Shown here piece after piece: positions 39,643-48,771 of a stretch of DNA of 64,000 nucleotides. The stretch is from an uncultured Candidatus Binatia bacterium. Its GTDB lineage: Bacteria; Desulfobacterota; Binatia; UBA9968; JAJDTQ01. The DNA is taken from contig OZ251459.1 of assembly GCA_965242525.1 (NCBI GenBank), positions 704,001 to 768,000 of the forward strand, in the 5' to 3' direction. The notes below the pieces were generated by a model. That model saw nothing but the letters and a program-made list of their open reading frames with translations, ran no database searches and was not told where the DNA came from. Made by a program: the position numbers and the translations under genes. Every line of letters starts with the position of its first letter. Within the stretch, counting starts at the first letter, position 1.

Positions 39643-40677
39643 TCAGGGTTTCCCGTAGAAGCGTCGGGCGTTGGCGTAGAGGACCTTGTGCTTGCGGGTC
39701 TCGGTGATGTCCTCCCGGGCCGTCAACTCGTCGATGTCGCCGTAGAACTCGCCCTTGCGGCGCTCGTGGGGATAGTCCGAGGCAAAGAAGATCCGGTCCT
39801 CCCCCACCAGGTCCAGCACCGTGGGCAGGGTCTTCTCCTCCACTTCGCAACTGAAATAGACGTTGCCGGAGCGCACGTACTTGCTGGGCGCTTTGGTCAA
39901 GACCGGGCACCACCGCTTGCCGCGGCGTTCGTAGTTCTCGTCCATGCGGTCCATCATGTACGGGACCCAACCGGCGCCCGCCTCCAGGAAGGCGATGCGG
40001 AGGTCGGGAAAGCGCTCGAACACCCCTTCCGCCATCATGTCGGTGAACTGGATGATCTGCGACACCGGATGCTCCAGCGTGATGGTCTTGAAGAGGTTGT
40101 CAGAGTTGTCGATGCCCAGGCGTTGGCTCACGGCGCCGTGGATGGCCAGGGCGCACCCGAGCCGCTGGGCCTCCCGGTAGAGCGGGTCGTAGTCCCGGTG
40201 GCCGTAGTGCTTGCCGAAGGCGGTCACCGACGGCAGCATGGCGCCGGGCATGCCCAGTTCCGTCACCGCAACGCGAAGCTCCGTCACCGCTTCCGGCAGG
40301 TTCTGGACCGGGACCAGCGCCAGCGCCCGCAGGCGTTCGCTGGCCAGCATGAACTTCCGGTGCACCCACCGGTTGTAGGCTCGGGCGATGGCCGCGGCAT
40401 AGTCCCGGTCCTGGATGAGGCCGCAGGCCAGGCCCACGGACGGATACAGGTAGGAGGTCTCGATGCCGCAACGGTCGAGGAAGGCCATCCATCTTGCGGC
40501 GTCCGGGTCGTCGTCCTCGGTGAGCCGCGAGAAGCCCCGGACGAAGCCGTCCACGGTGGGGAACATGGAGTGGGTGGTCCAGGGCAAACGGTCGTAGGGA
40601 GCCGTCAGATGCTCCCGGATCTCCATGGGATGCTCCAGCACGTGGCCGTCCCCATCGATTGCGCGGTATTTCGTCAC
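39643..40677 (-). CDS. amidohydrolase_2 family protein
   Basis: IDGDGHVLE, AIHG, FLEAGAGW, FASDYPH. Confidence 0.9.
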   Translation of the reverse strand: MTKYRAIDGDGHVLEHPMEIREHLTAPYDRLPWTTHSMFPTVDGFVRGFSRLTEDDDPDAARWMAFLDRCGIETSYLYPSVGLACGLIQDRDYAAAIARAYNRWVHRKFMLASERLRALALVPVQNLPEAVTELRVAVTELGMPGAMLPSVTAFGKHYGHRDYDPLYREAQRLGCALAIHGAVSQRLGIDNSDNLFKTITLEHPVSQIIQFTDMMAEGVFERFPDLRIAFLEAGAGWVPYMMDRMDENYERRGKRWCPVLTKAPSKYVRSGNVYFSCEVEEKTLPTVLDLVGEDRIFFASDYPHERRKGEFYGDIDELTAREDITETRKHKVLYANARRFYGKP

Positions 40678-40777
40678 CTTCCGTTCCTCCTTCCTTCACG
40701 CATGAGAATCGACCTTCCTTTCCTCGCGCATGGGAATCGACCCGGCAGGACGCAGCGGCTGGTGCATCCTGCCGCGC

Positions 40778-41224
40778 CTACCGCCCCCGGCGCGGTTTCG
40801 TCAGGTGGTTCACGAACAGGCGCCGCAGCGAGTCCCGGAGTTCGGGGTTGCCCACGCGAGCCAACTCCCGCTCCGGCAGCCGTGCGGCGTCCAGCGGGGC
40901 AGGGGGAGCGTCCGGCGCCTCGGGCCGGGCCTCGGAGGGAAAGTCCCCCAACACGAAGAAGACGTTGGTGACCACCTCGCGCTCCAGCCGCCGGTTGAGC
41001 TTCTCGACCATGATGTCCTTCATGTACTGGAGTTGCTGCATCCACGTGGCCGCCCGGACCTTGACGAACAGGGTGCCGTGGCGCAGCCCCACCGGCTGGG
41101 CGTTGCGCGCCACCGCTGGCCCCACGGTCTCGTCCCACACCGTCCAGAGGGCGTAGTCGTCCAGCCTCTGCCTGAGCGGCAGCCGCTTCAACGTGCGTTC
41201 GAGAACGTCTCCGAGTCTTTCCAT
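40778..41224 (-). CDS. DUF721/DciA family protein
   Basis: WDETVGPAVARNAQP...LFVKV..ATWMQQL. Confidence 0.8.
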   Translation of the reverse strand: MERLGDVLERTLKRLPLRQRLDDYALWTVWDETVGPAVARNAQPVGLRHGTLFVKVRAATWMQQLQYMKDIMVEKLNRRLEREVVTNVFFVLGDFPSEARPEAPDAPPAPLDAARLPERELARVGNPELRDSLRRLFVNHLTKPRRGR

Positions 41225-41315
41225 GTTGCGTGGGGGGTCGCGTACCTTGGATCAGCCCGGTCCTCATGTTATCAAGGACGCAGACTCCGCTCAACAAACA
41301 GGAAGAGGGTAAATC

Positions 41316-42515
41316 ATGAAGATCGACCTACAGATATTGAAGGATGCTCTCAGCGGGACGGCCGCGGCGTTCCGATGCGTGACCGACTATCAGCCGACCG
41401 GTGGACCGGGCGACAAGGTCTTCCCGCCGACCTATGAAGGCGGCAAGTACGCTACCGAGGAGCGTAAGGCTCCGACCGGCGAAGTTCGGCAATGCGTCCT
41501 TTTGGATTCGGTGCAGTCTCAGGCCAACCGCATGGAGCTGGCGTTGTTGGAAGCGCATCGCGCCGGCAAGATCCAGCTTCCCTTGCTGGTGACCCGTTTC
41601 GATCAGGACGAACTGCCCAAGAAGTTCTCGGTGACGAGCCTTGACGCGCCGCATCGAGTGGCGGACGCGCTTTTCCGCGACAGCCTGCTCGGCGGTATGA
41701 GATTCCGCGAGTCACTCAAGGGTGCGGTTCTCGACACCGCTGAGGTTCGCAATGCCACGGGACTGTTCGGGATCTGCCCGACGGCGTTGGTGTTCGGACT
41801 GTGGGACTCCACCGGACCTCGCGGCGGATTGGGCGCCAAGTTCCAGCGCGCGATAGTTTCGGAAATCACGGGCTATGACGCCGTGCCGGGACAGAAGACG
41901 GCTAGCCGCATTGACCCCGCGGGAATTCAGCTCGGCGCCGGTCCATTATATGAGCGCAAATCTGAAAACGACGGTGCTTCACACTGGACCCTGAACGAAA
42001 AGGAGGGCAACGGAAAGCTGAAAAAGACAGGCAGGCCATCGGAGGCGAACCACGGAAACGTTACTCCGAGCATCTCCGAAGGCGGCTTCACCTTATCGAA
42101 GGCACGGCAGACTACCACGTTGTCGCTGGCTGTCTTGCGCCGTCTCCGTTTCCCTCTCAACGGCGCAGCGGACTCGGAGCGCGACACCGATCTAGCAGCG
42201 CGCACCGCGCTGGCCGCGCTGGGGCTGGCCGCCGGAAGCTTGGCGCGGGTCGATACAGACCTTCGTTCCCGCTGCCAGTTGTTCGCCGAACAGGAATCCG
42301 TGTGGCAACTGCTCGACCGCCCCGGGGCTACTCCTCAGGAGTTCGACCTGGATCCCGAAGCTGCACTTCAGTTGTTGGATCAGGCCATCAGCGAGGCCAA
42401 GGACGCTGGCCTGCCGTGGGAGGGTGAGATCGAGATGGTCCCATCTCCCGATCTGGTCGAATTGGTCCGCCGCAGTCAGGAGTTGGCAAGCGCTTCGGAC
42501 GGAGATAACGGCTGA
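41316..42515 (+). CDS. csb1: type I-G Cas7 (Csb1)
   Basis: KVFPPTY, LLDSVQSQANRME, APHRVADA, PTALVFGLWDS, SRIDP. Confidence 0.93.
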   Translation: MKIDLQILKDALSGTAAAFRCVTDYQPTGGPGDKVFPPTYEGGKYATEERKAPTGEVRQCVLLDSVQSQANRMELALLEAHRAGKIQLPLLVTRFDQDELPKKFSVTSLDAPHRVADALFRDSLLGGMRFRESLKGAVLDTAEVRNATGLFGICPTALVFGLWDSTGPRGGLGAKFQRAIVSEITGYDAVPGQKTASRIDPAGIQLGAGPLYERKSENDGASHWTLNEKEGNGKLKKTGRPSEANHGNVTPSISEGGFTLSKARQTTTLSLAVLRRLRFPLNGAADSERDTDLAARTALAALGLAAGSLARVDTDLRSRCQLFAEQESVWQLLDRPGATPQEFDLDPEAALQLLDQAISEAKDAGLPWEGEIEMVPSPDLVELVRRSQELASASDGDNG

Positions 42516-44818
42516 TGTTTGCCCTTGGCCTCCGTTACCTGAACGGGTGGTCCATGGCGGCGGCAGACGGGGCTCGCAAGGAGCGGGTCGAGTGGCCACC
42601 GCATCCGGATCGGGTGTTCATGGCTTTGGCGGCAGCTTGGTTCGAGACCGGTGAAGACCTTGCGGAAGGCGCGGCATTGCGCTGGTTGGAGGCTCTGCCG
42701 CCCCCGGCTATCAAGGCTTCCGGGGCCGCTAGTCGCGCTGCAACTGTAAGCTACGTGCCGGTCAACGACGTACAGGCCGGGTTGGCCCTGCTGCCCGATC
42801 GCCGTTCGCGCCAACCTCGCCGTTTTCCCGTTGTCATCCCCGATAACCCGACGGTGCATCTGATCTGGTCGGAAGCCGACCTGGGGGCGCATTGCGTCGG
42901 TTTGGATCGACTTGCCGCCAAGGTCACTCACGTGGGGCATTCCGCCTCCTTCGTGCAAGCGTGGCTGGAGGTCAGTCCCCCATTGCCGAATTGGATTCCG
43001 GCGAATGGGGTCGCCCGCAAGCGATTGCGTGTTACAAGTCCAGGCCGTCTGAAAAATTTGGCGACGAGTATGAACCGTGACGCATTGCTTGCCTACAGCG
43101 ATCTGCGCGGCGAGATCGAGCAGGCTAACGCCGACCTCAAGGAGATGAGCCACCCACCGAGGTCGGCTTGGCAGAAGTTCCCGTCCGTCGTCCTGCTGGC
43201 GGGCGAATCCGAAGTCAAGCAACATTCCGAGTACGCTGCCGCAAAATCCGGCGACGCTCTGGCCGCAACGAACCTGGTCGCGAGCCTGGTCAACGAAGAA
43301 GGCGCCGCTGCGGTGCGGTCATTGATCGCCGAAGCCGACCCAAGCAGCGAACCTGTGCTGGTTGGCGCCCACGCGTACGAACGAGACGGCGTCAATGCCA
43401 TTCCGGCGGCTTTGGCTGAACTGCTGAGCACGAGTCTTGGGATCTCGGATGATATTACTACTGTCGTACAGACCAACGTCGTCTCGCACACAGGAGCGGA
43501 CGGTTATGGGCGTCTCGCCCGTCAGGCTTGCTTTGAGGGTCACATTGACAAGGGGCGGGAGTACCTGATGGTGGATGATTTCATCGGTCAAGGCGGCACC
43601 TTGGCCAACCTGCGCGGCTGGATCGAGAAGCAGGGCGGCAAGGTCATCGGGGCCGTTGTCTTGACCGGCAAACCCTACTCGGCCAGACTCGACCCTTCAC
43701 AGGAGCAACTGGATGAACTCAGGCAACGACACGGCAAAGACCTCGAAAAATGGTGGCGGGAACATTTCGGTCACTCCTTCGACTGCCTCACTCAATCAGA
43801 GGCTCGGTACCTCGCCCGCTCCCCGGATGTTGACACCATCCGAAATCGACTTGCTGCGGCAAAGCAAGAAGGAAATCGCCCAGGTCGCACGCGAAGCCCT
43901 GGCGAGCAAAAACGGTACATCGCAGACTTGAAGGCTCGTCTTCCCAAGAGTCCGCCCGCGCCGAGCCTGCGTCCGGGGCCGGGCCGCTGGCAGGGCTATG
44001 ATCCACCACCGGCAGATGATGCACCGAAGGAGCGTGGCTCGGTTTTCGATCCGCAGTTCATCGTTCTTGGCGTCAGCGGCAACCTCGTATCCCTGCCGGC
44101 CACGCTCAAGCTCACGACGGCCCTGCGCGGCCTGTTGATGAAAGAGTGTCCCCAACAGCCGCCGCCCGAATGGTTCAGCGGCCATCGCCCAGACGGAAAG
44201 GCGACGTCCGAACCGCATCTCGCCTTGGCGCCGCTCCCGTTCGTCGGCTCGGAGCACGCGGATGGCCGTATCTTGGGGTTGGCTATGGTCTTGCCAGCGA
44301 AATTGGAGCGACAGGAGGCCGGGCGCTGCCTCGAACCTTTGCTGCGCGATTCAGCGACGGGCCTCCCCCGCGAACATCGGCTGTTCGGCGGCCGATGGTT
44401 CGACATCCGTGTTGCATTGGAAACTCGAGAACGCCCGCCCATGAACCTCAGCCCGCGCACCTGGACGCAGCCGTCGCGGGTGTGGGCTACAGTGACCCCG
44501 GTGGTCCTGAACCGGCACTTCGATGGCGCAGACAAGTGGGAGCGGGCAGCCGAAAGCGTGAAGGAGGCATGCCTGCATATTGGCCTGCCGCGTCCGCGCG
44601 AGGTAATGTTGCACCCGGTTTCACGCGTTGAAGGTGTGCCTCATGCCAGAGACTTCCCACAAGTGGAACACAAGAATGCCGGCGGTCGCCGGAGCCATGG
44701 TCATGCAGTGATCGTCTTCGATGAACCGGTGCGCGGGCCTGTGCTGGTGGGCGCAGGTCGTTTCCGCGGCTATGGCTTGTGTCGCCCCATGGATGAACGA
44801 AGTGATGACCGCGACTGA
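42515..44818 (+). CDS. csb2: type I-G Csb2 (Cas5/Cas6 fusion) with an inserted phosphoribosyltransferase domain
   Basis: EWPPHPDRVFMAL N-terminus; WATVTPVVL and GPVLVGAGRFRGYGLC C-terminus; insert about aa 215-452 with YLMVDDFIGQGGT. Confidence 0.9.
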   Translation: MFALGLRYLNGWSMAAADGARKERVEWPPHPDRVFMALAAAWFETGEDLAEGAALRWLEALPPPAIKASGAASRAATVSYVPVNDVQAGLALLPDRRSRQPRRFPVVIPDNPTVHLIWSEADLGAHCVGLDRLAAKVTHVGHSASFVQAWLEVSPPLPNWIPANGVARKRLRVTSPGRLKNLATSMNRDALLAYSDLRGEIEQANADLKEMSHPPRSAWQKFPSVVLLAGESEVKQHSEYAAAKSGDALAATNLVASLVNEEGAAAVRSLIAEADPSSEPVLVGAHAYERDGVNAIPAALAELLSTSLGISDDITTVVQTNVVSHTGADGYGRLARQACFEGHIDKGREYLMVDDFIGQGGTLANLRGWIEKQGGKVIGAVVLTGKPYSARLDPSQEQLDELRQRHGKDLEKWWREHFGHSFDCLTQSEARYLARSPDVDTIRNRLAAAKQEGNRPGRTRSPGEQKRYIADLKARLPKSPPAPSLRPGPGRWQGYDPPPADDAPKERGSVFDPQFIVLGVSGNLVSLPATLKLTTALRGLLMKECPQQPPPEWFSGHRPDGKATSEPHLALAPLPFVGSEHADGRILGLAMVLPAKLERQEAGRCLEPLLRDSATGLPREHRLFGGRWFDIRVALETRERPPMNLSPRTWTQPSRVWATVTPVVLNRHFDGADKWERAAESVKEACLHIGLPRPREVMLHPVSRVEGVPHARDFPQVEHKNAGGRRSHGHAVIVFDEPVRGPVLVGAGRFRGYGLCRPMDERSDDRD

Positions 44819-47800
44819 TTTGCAAGCGACGGATTTCAGAGAGTTCTTCACCGCGTTGTGGGACAGGCCTCCCTTCGCTTGGCAGCAGGCACTGGCAGAA
44901 CGAGTTCTGGAGAGCGATTCCGGTGGCTCGCCCTGGCCCGAGGCCATCGCGTTGCCTACGGCGTCCGGCAAGACCGCTTGCATGGACGTTGCGGTGTTCG
45001 CCTTGGCGGCCCAGGCGTCTCGATTGGCCCAAAGGCAGACCATCACCGCGCCGCGCCGCATCTTCTTCGTGGTTGATCGGCGCGTGATCGTGGATGAGGC
45101 CCATGAACGGGCTAAAAGGCTTGTCAAGAAGCTGGAACGTGCGGAGGACGGCGTTCTCGGTAGGGTCGCGGATAATCTCCGGCAGATCGCTCACGGAGCA
45201 ACAACGGGCTTCGGTGGCGAGCATCCGTTGCCGCTGGCGGCCCACCTGTTGCGCGGCGGCATGTATCGGTCGGACGCATGGGCTCGCAACCCGTTGCAAC
45301 CCACCGTCGTTGCATCGACCGTCGATCAGATCGGCTCCCGCCTGCTGTTCCGGGCCTATGGGCGCGGCTCCGGTACGTGGCCGATCTATGCCGGACTCAT
45401 CGCCAACGACAGCCTGATCCTGCTCGACGAGGCGCACTGTGTACAGCCGTTTCTCCAGACCCTGCAAGCCGTTCGGTGTTTCCAGACCTGGGCGCAAGAT
45501 CCCCTTCGTCGCTGCTTTCATCCCGTGGTCATGTCGGCAACCCCTCCGCCGGATCTGACGGATCGATTCGACGACCAGTCCGGTGAACGCCACGATCCTC
45601 AACATCGGCTCGGCCGTCGCCAATTGGCGCACAAGCCCGCGGTCTTGCAACGAGTCGAGAAGGCGAGGGGAAAGCAGGCCACAAGCGTGTTTGCTCAGGC
45701 GCTGGCCGACGCCGCAAGGGAGTTGGTGGACGAACGGCGGCGCGCCATCGTGGTATTCGTCAACCGCGTTGCCACGGCGCGGGAGACCCATCGGCTGTTG
45801 GCTGCCGATGACCGTGACCAAGCCGTTCTGCTCACGGGCCGAATGCGTCCCGTGGACAAGGACGACCTGGTTGATCGGTTGAAGGTCCTGCACTCCGACC
45901 GCTCAGGGGAGCGTTCCTTGACAAAGCCTCTGATGGTCGTCGCCACCCAAACGCTGGAAGTCGGGGCCGACCTCGACTTCGATGGCCTCGTTACCGAGTG
46001 TGCGAGCCTCGACGCCTTGCGGCAGCGTTTTGGCCGCTTGAACCGCATGGGGCGACCCATCGAGGCGCGAGCGGCGATTCTCGTGCGCGGCGACCAGGCT
46101 GACGCAACTGAGGTCGAACAGGCAGGGAAGAAGAAAACGAAGGAACCGGATGATCCCGTTTACGGGAACGCGTTGTCCCGGACTTGGGCCTGGCTCAACC
46201 AGAGCAAGGACGAAAACGGTGAAGTCGATTTCGGGATCGCTCATCTTGACTCGTTGTTGCCACAAGGTGGTTCCCTGGCCGCACTGAACGCGCCATCCCA
46301 CAACGCTCCGGTGATGCTCCCCGCGCATGTCGATTGTTGGGCGCAGACGTCGCCCCAACCAGACCCTTCACCCGATGTGGCCCTGTTTCTTCACGGCCTA
46401 CGGGAAGGCGCCGCTGACGTGCAGGTTTGCTGGCGCGCTGACGTGGATCTGACGAACGAACGAGCCCAGTCAGATACGCTTGAGTCATTGTCCCTGTGCC
46501 CGCCGAGCAGTAGTGAAACACTCCCGGTTCCCATCGGTGTATTCAAACGCTGGTTGGCGGGGAAAGACATGGAGGACGACAGCGCTGACTTGGAAGGTGT
46601 CTGGGCAGGTGCCGGAACGGATGAAGAGGGTTCGTCTCCTGTGGCTCATGCGGTCATTCGTTGGCGCGGCGCCGAGACGGATCATAAGGATGTCACGGCG
46701 AAGCCCACCGATATTCACCCGGGCGACGTCATCGTAATCCCGGTCGACCATCCCGGTCCGTGGAGGCAACTCGGCGACCTGCCTACGGATCTCGATGATG
46801 TAGGCGATGCGGCCTATCGTCTTGCACGAGCCAAGCCCATTCTCCGCCTGCACCGGAAGCTGGTGGATGCGTGGCCGGTTTCCATGGCGACCAAGGAGAC
46901 CGCCTTCGAGTTGCTGAACGATCTGGAGCGGAAATACGAGGACGACCCCGACGAAGTCGTTGGTACCGTTGACGATTTGCTGACGGAGTTATCAGAGACG
47001 CCCGAAACGTTCCCGGGAGGCAGGTCTCGGTTGTTCGACGCCGCGAGGGAGCTCGAAGCGGAGTTTTCTTCGCCAAAATTACGCCCCGAGTGCCGCATCA
47101 TCGGAGGTAGAAGCTTGGTCGTCGTCGGACGCCGTCCCATCCCGGAACTCCTGCAGGAAGCCGATCATTTCAGCGACGAGGATGATGCCGTCGCCTCCGG
47201 CACTTCACATAGAGACGGACGTCCTGTCCGTCTGTCCAGGCACCTTCCCGGCGTTGGGGAGTTCGCAGGTCTTCATGCCGTGGGGTGTGGACTGCCGGAC
47301 GAATTGGTGGACGCCGTCACTCGCGCCGGCCGGCTGCACGACCTGGGCAAGGCCGATCCGCGGTTTCAAGCCCTGTTGCAGGGCGGCGCTCGCTGGTTGG
47401 GCGGGGAACCTCTCGCCAAATCCTTCGGAATGCCCAAGACGAGCAAGGCTCGCCTTCGTGCGTCGGGGACTTCCCGTTACCCGAAAGGCGGTCGGCACGA
47501 ACTGCTTTCGGTGCGTATGGCCGAAAGTGTCCCTGCACTCCTGCCGGAACGGCAGGAACTGCGTGATCTGACCCTGCACCTGATCGCCAGCCATCACGGT
47601 CACTGCCGACCGTTCGCTCCCGTAGTTTGCGATGAACAAGACATCCCGGTGGTTTTTGAAATGCAGGGTCACCGCTTGCAGTGGTCCGGAGCTACCGGCC
47701 TGGAACGGCTTGATTCCGGCGTAGCCGATCGTTACTGGCGCCTGGTGCGGCGCTATGGCTGGTGGGGTCTGGCTTGGTTGGAAGCCCTGTTACGACTCGC

Positions 47801-47849
47801 CGACTGGAGGCGGAGTGAGTGGGAGGAAGCACACGGTGGTGATGAGTGA
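44805..47849 (+). CDS. cas3: type I-G Cas3 helicase with C-terminal HD nuclease
   Basis: LPTASGKT, LLDEAH, MSAT, QRFGRLNR; C-terminal LHDLGKAD, RHE and SHHG. Confidence 0.95.
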   Translation: MTATDLQATDFREFFTALWDRPPFAWQQALAERVLESDSGGSPWPEAIALPTASGKTACMDVAVFALAAQASRLAQRQTITAPRRIFFVVDRRVIVDEAHERAKRLVKKLERAEDGVLGRVADNLRQIAHGATTGFGGEHPLPLAAHLLRGGMYRSDAWARNPLQPTVVASTVDQIGSRLLFRAYGRGSGTWPIYAGLIANDSLILLDEAHCVQPFLQTLQAVRCFQTWAQDPLRRCFHPVVMSATPPPDLTDRFDDQSGERHDPQHRLGRRQLAHKPAVLQRVEKARGKQATSVFAQALADAARELVDERRRAIVVFVNRVATARETHRLLAADDRDQAVLLTGRMRPVDKDDLVDRLKVLHSDRSGERSLTKPLMVVATQTLEVGADLDFDGLVTECASLDALRQRFGRLNRMGRPIEARAAILVRGDQADATEVEQAGKKKTKEPDDPVYGNALSRTWAWLNQSKDENGEVDFGIAHLDSLLPQGGSLAALNAPSHNAPVMLPAHVDCWAQTSPQPDPSPDVALFLHGLREGAADVQVCWRADVDLTNERAQSDTLESLSLCPPSSSETLPVPIGVFKRWLAGKDMEDDSADLEGVWAGAGTDEEGSSPVAHAVIRWRGAETDHKDVTAKPTDIHPGDVIVIPVDHPGPWRQLGDLPTDLDDVGDAAYRLARAKPILRLHRKLVDAWPVSMATKETAFELLNDLERKYEDDPDEVVGTVDDLLTELSETPETFPGGRSRLFDAARELEAEFSSPKLRPECRIIGGRSLVVVGRRPIPELLQEADHFSDEDDAVASGTSHRDGRPVRLSRHLPGVGEFAGLHAVGCGLPDELVDAVTRAGRLHDLGKADPRFQALLQGGARWLGGEPLAKSFGMPKTSKARLRASGTSRYPKGGRHELLSVRMAESVPALLPERQELRDLTLHLIASHHGHCRPFAPVVCDEQDIPVVFEMQGHRLQWSGATGLERLDSGVADRYWRLVRRYGWWGLAWLEALLRLADWRRSEWEEAHGGDE

Positions 47850-48771
47850 ACCGGATCCGGGTCTATTACTGAAAGGTCTCGATGGCGGCAATCTGCTGGG
47901 GTTCCTCGCATCCATCGGAACGCTACGGGCTGTAACCGAGGCAGACTCTTCGGTGAACTGGCGTATGAGATGGGAAGTGAACGGAGGTTGCTGGTCTCCT
48001 GTTCTCATGGGAGGCGGTTCGCTTACAGAGGATACTTTGATTGATCTACTGGTCCCTGTTCTAAGGCAGGTGAAGATGGATCCACCCCTGCATTCCTACA
48101 AGAACCTGACGATCAACCCTGAAGACTTCCGGGGTGTGGCTCGAGACGCTCAGACCAGAGCGACTTTCACCGACCGACACTGTGCGGATTTCGTTGCCGC
48201 CTTTGGTTGCGACATCCTGTCTGTGCCCGGGAAAGAACCGGGAAATATCCAGGACACTGCCCTCCGAACCATGAGTGGAGCAGGACATCAACACTTCCTT
48301 GATTCCATGCGAGATCTTGCGAAGAAAACCGAACCGGATCATTTGCGTAGTTCGTTATTCGAAACATGGCGATATGCAGACGACAAGCCGAACCTTCGCT
48401 GGGATCCCATGGACGACCGCCGACATGCCCTGCGTTGGAAGGAGCCTTCGGATGATCCCATACGGACGATGCGCGGCGCAAACCGCCTTGCCGTCGAAGC
48501 ACTGCCCTTGCTTCCCACCGCGCCTAGCCAACGCGAACTTCGTACGACCGGCTTCTCGCAACAGCGTGGCGAAGGTGTGTTGTTCTCGTGGCCAATCTGG
48601 AAAGTTCCCTTGAATATTGACATCGTGCGATCTCTGCTGAGTATGGCCGAGCTCAAGAAACCTGAACCGAATCGCGATATTCTCCTGAAGATGGGCGTCG
48701 TGGAGATCTACCGCAGTCAGCGAATTACCAGGGACAAATACCGCAATTTCACACCTGCCGTACCTGTATGA
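47842..48771 (+). CDS. cas8g: short type I-G Cas8g-like large subunit (Cas8u2/Cas3-extension type)
   Basis: GLDGGNLLGFLASIG, LRWDP, GANRLAVEALP, WPIW; lies between cas3 and cas4/1. Confidence 0.75.
   Translation: MSEPDPGLLLKGLDGGNLLGFLASIGTLRAVTEADSSVNWRMRWEVNGGCWSPVLMGGGSLTEDTLIDLLVPVLRQVKMDPPLHSYKNLTINPEDFRGVARDAQTRATFTDRHCADFVAAFGCDILSVPGKEPGNIQDTALRTMSGAGHQHFLDSMRDLAKKTEPDHLRSSLFETWRYADDKPNLRWDPMDDRRHALRWKEPSDDPIRTMRGANRLAVEALPLLPTAPSQRELRTTGFSQQRGEGVLFSWPIWKVPLNIDIVRSLLSMAELKKPEPNRDILLKMGVVEIYRSQRITRDKYRNFTPAVPV

Noticed and set aside
41255-41262. GCCCGGTC upstream of csb1 matching the start of the degenerate-array spacer (autoregulatory crRNA?)
   Set aside because: Only 7-8 nt and no TTN PAM; insufficient.
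43160-43870. Csb2 insert as an intein or intron
   Set aside because: No Cys/Ser start with His-Asn end, no LAGLIDADG or RT motifs; a PRTase motif is present instead.
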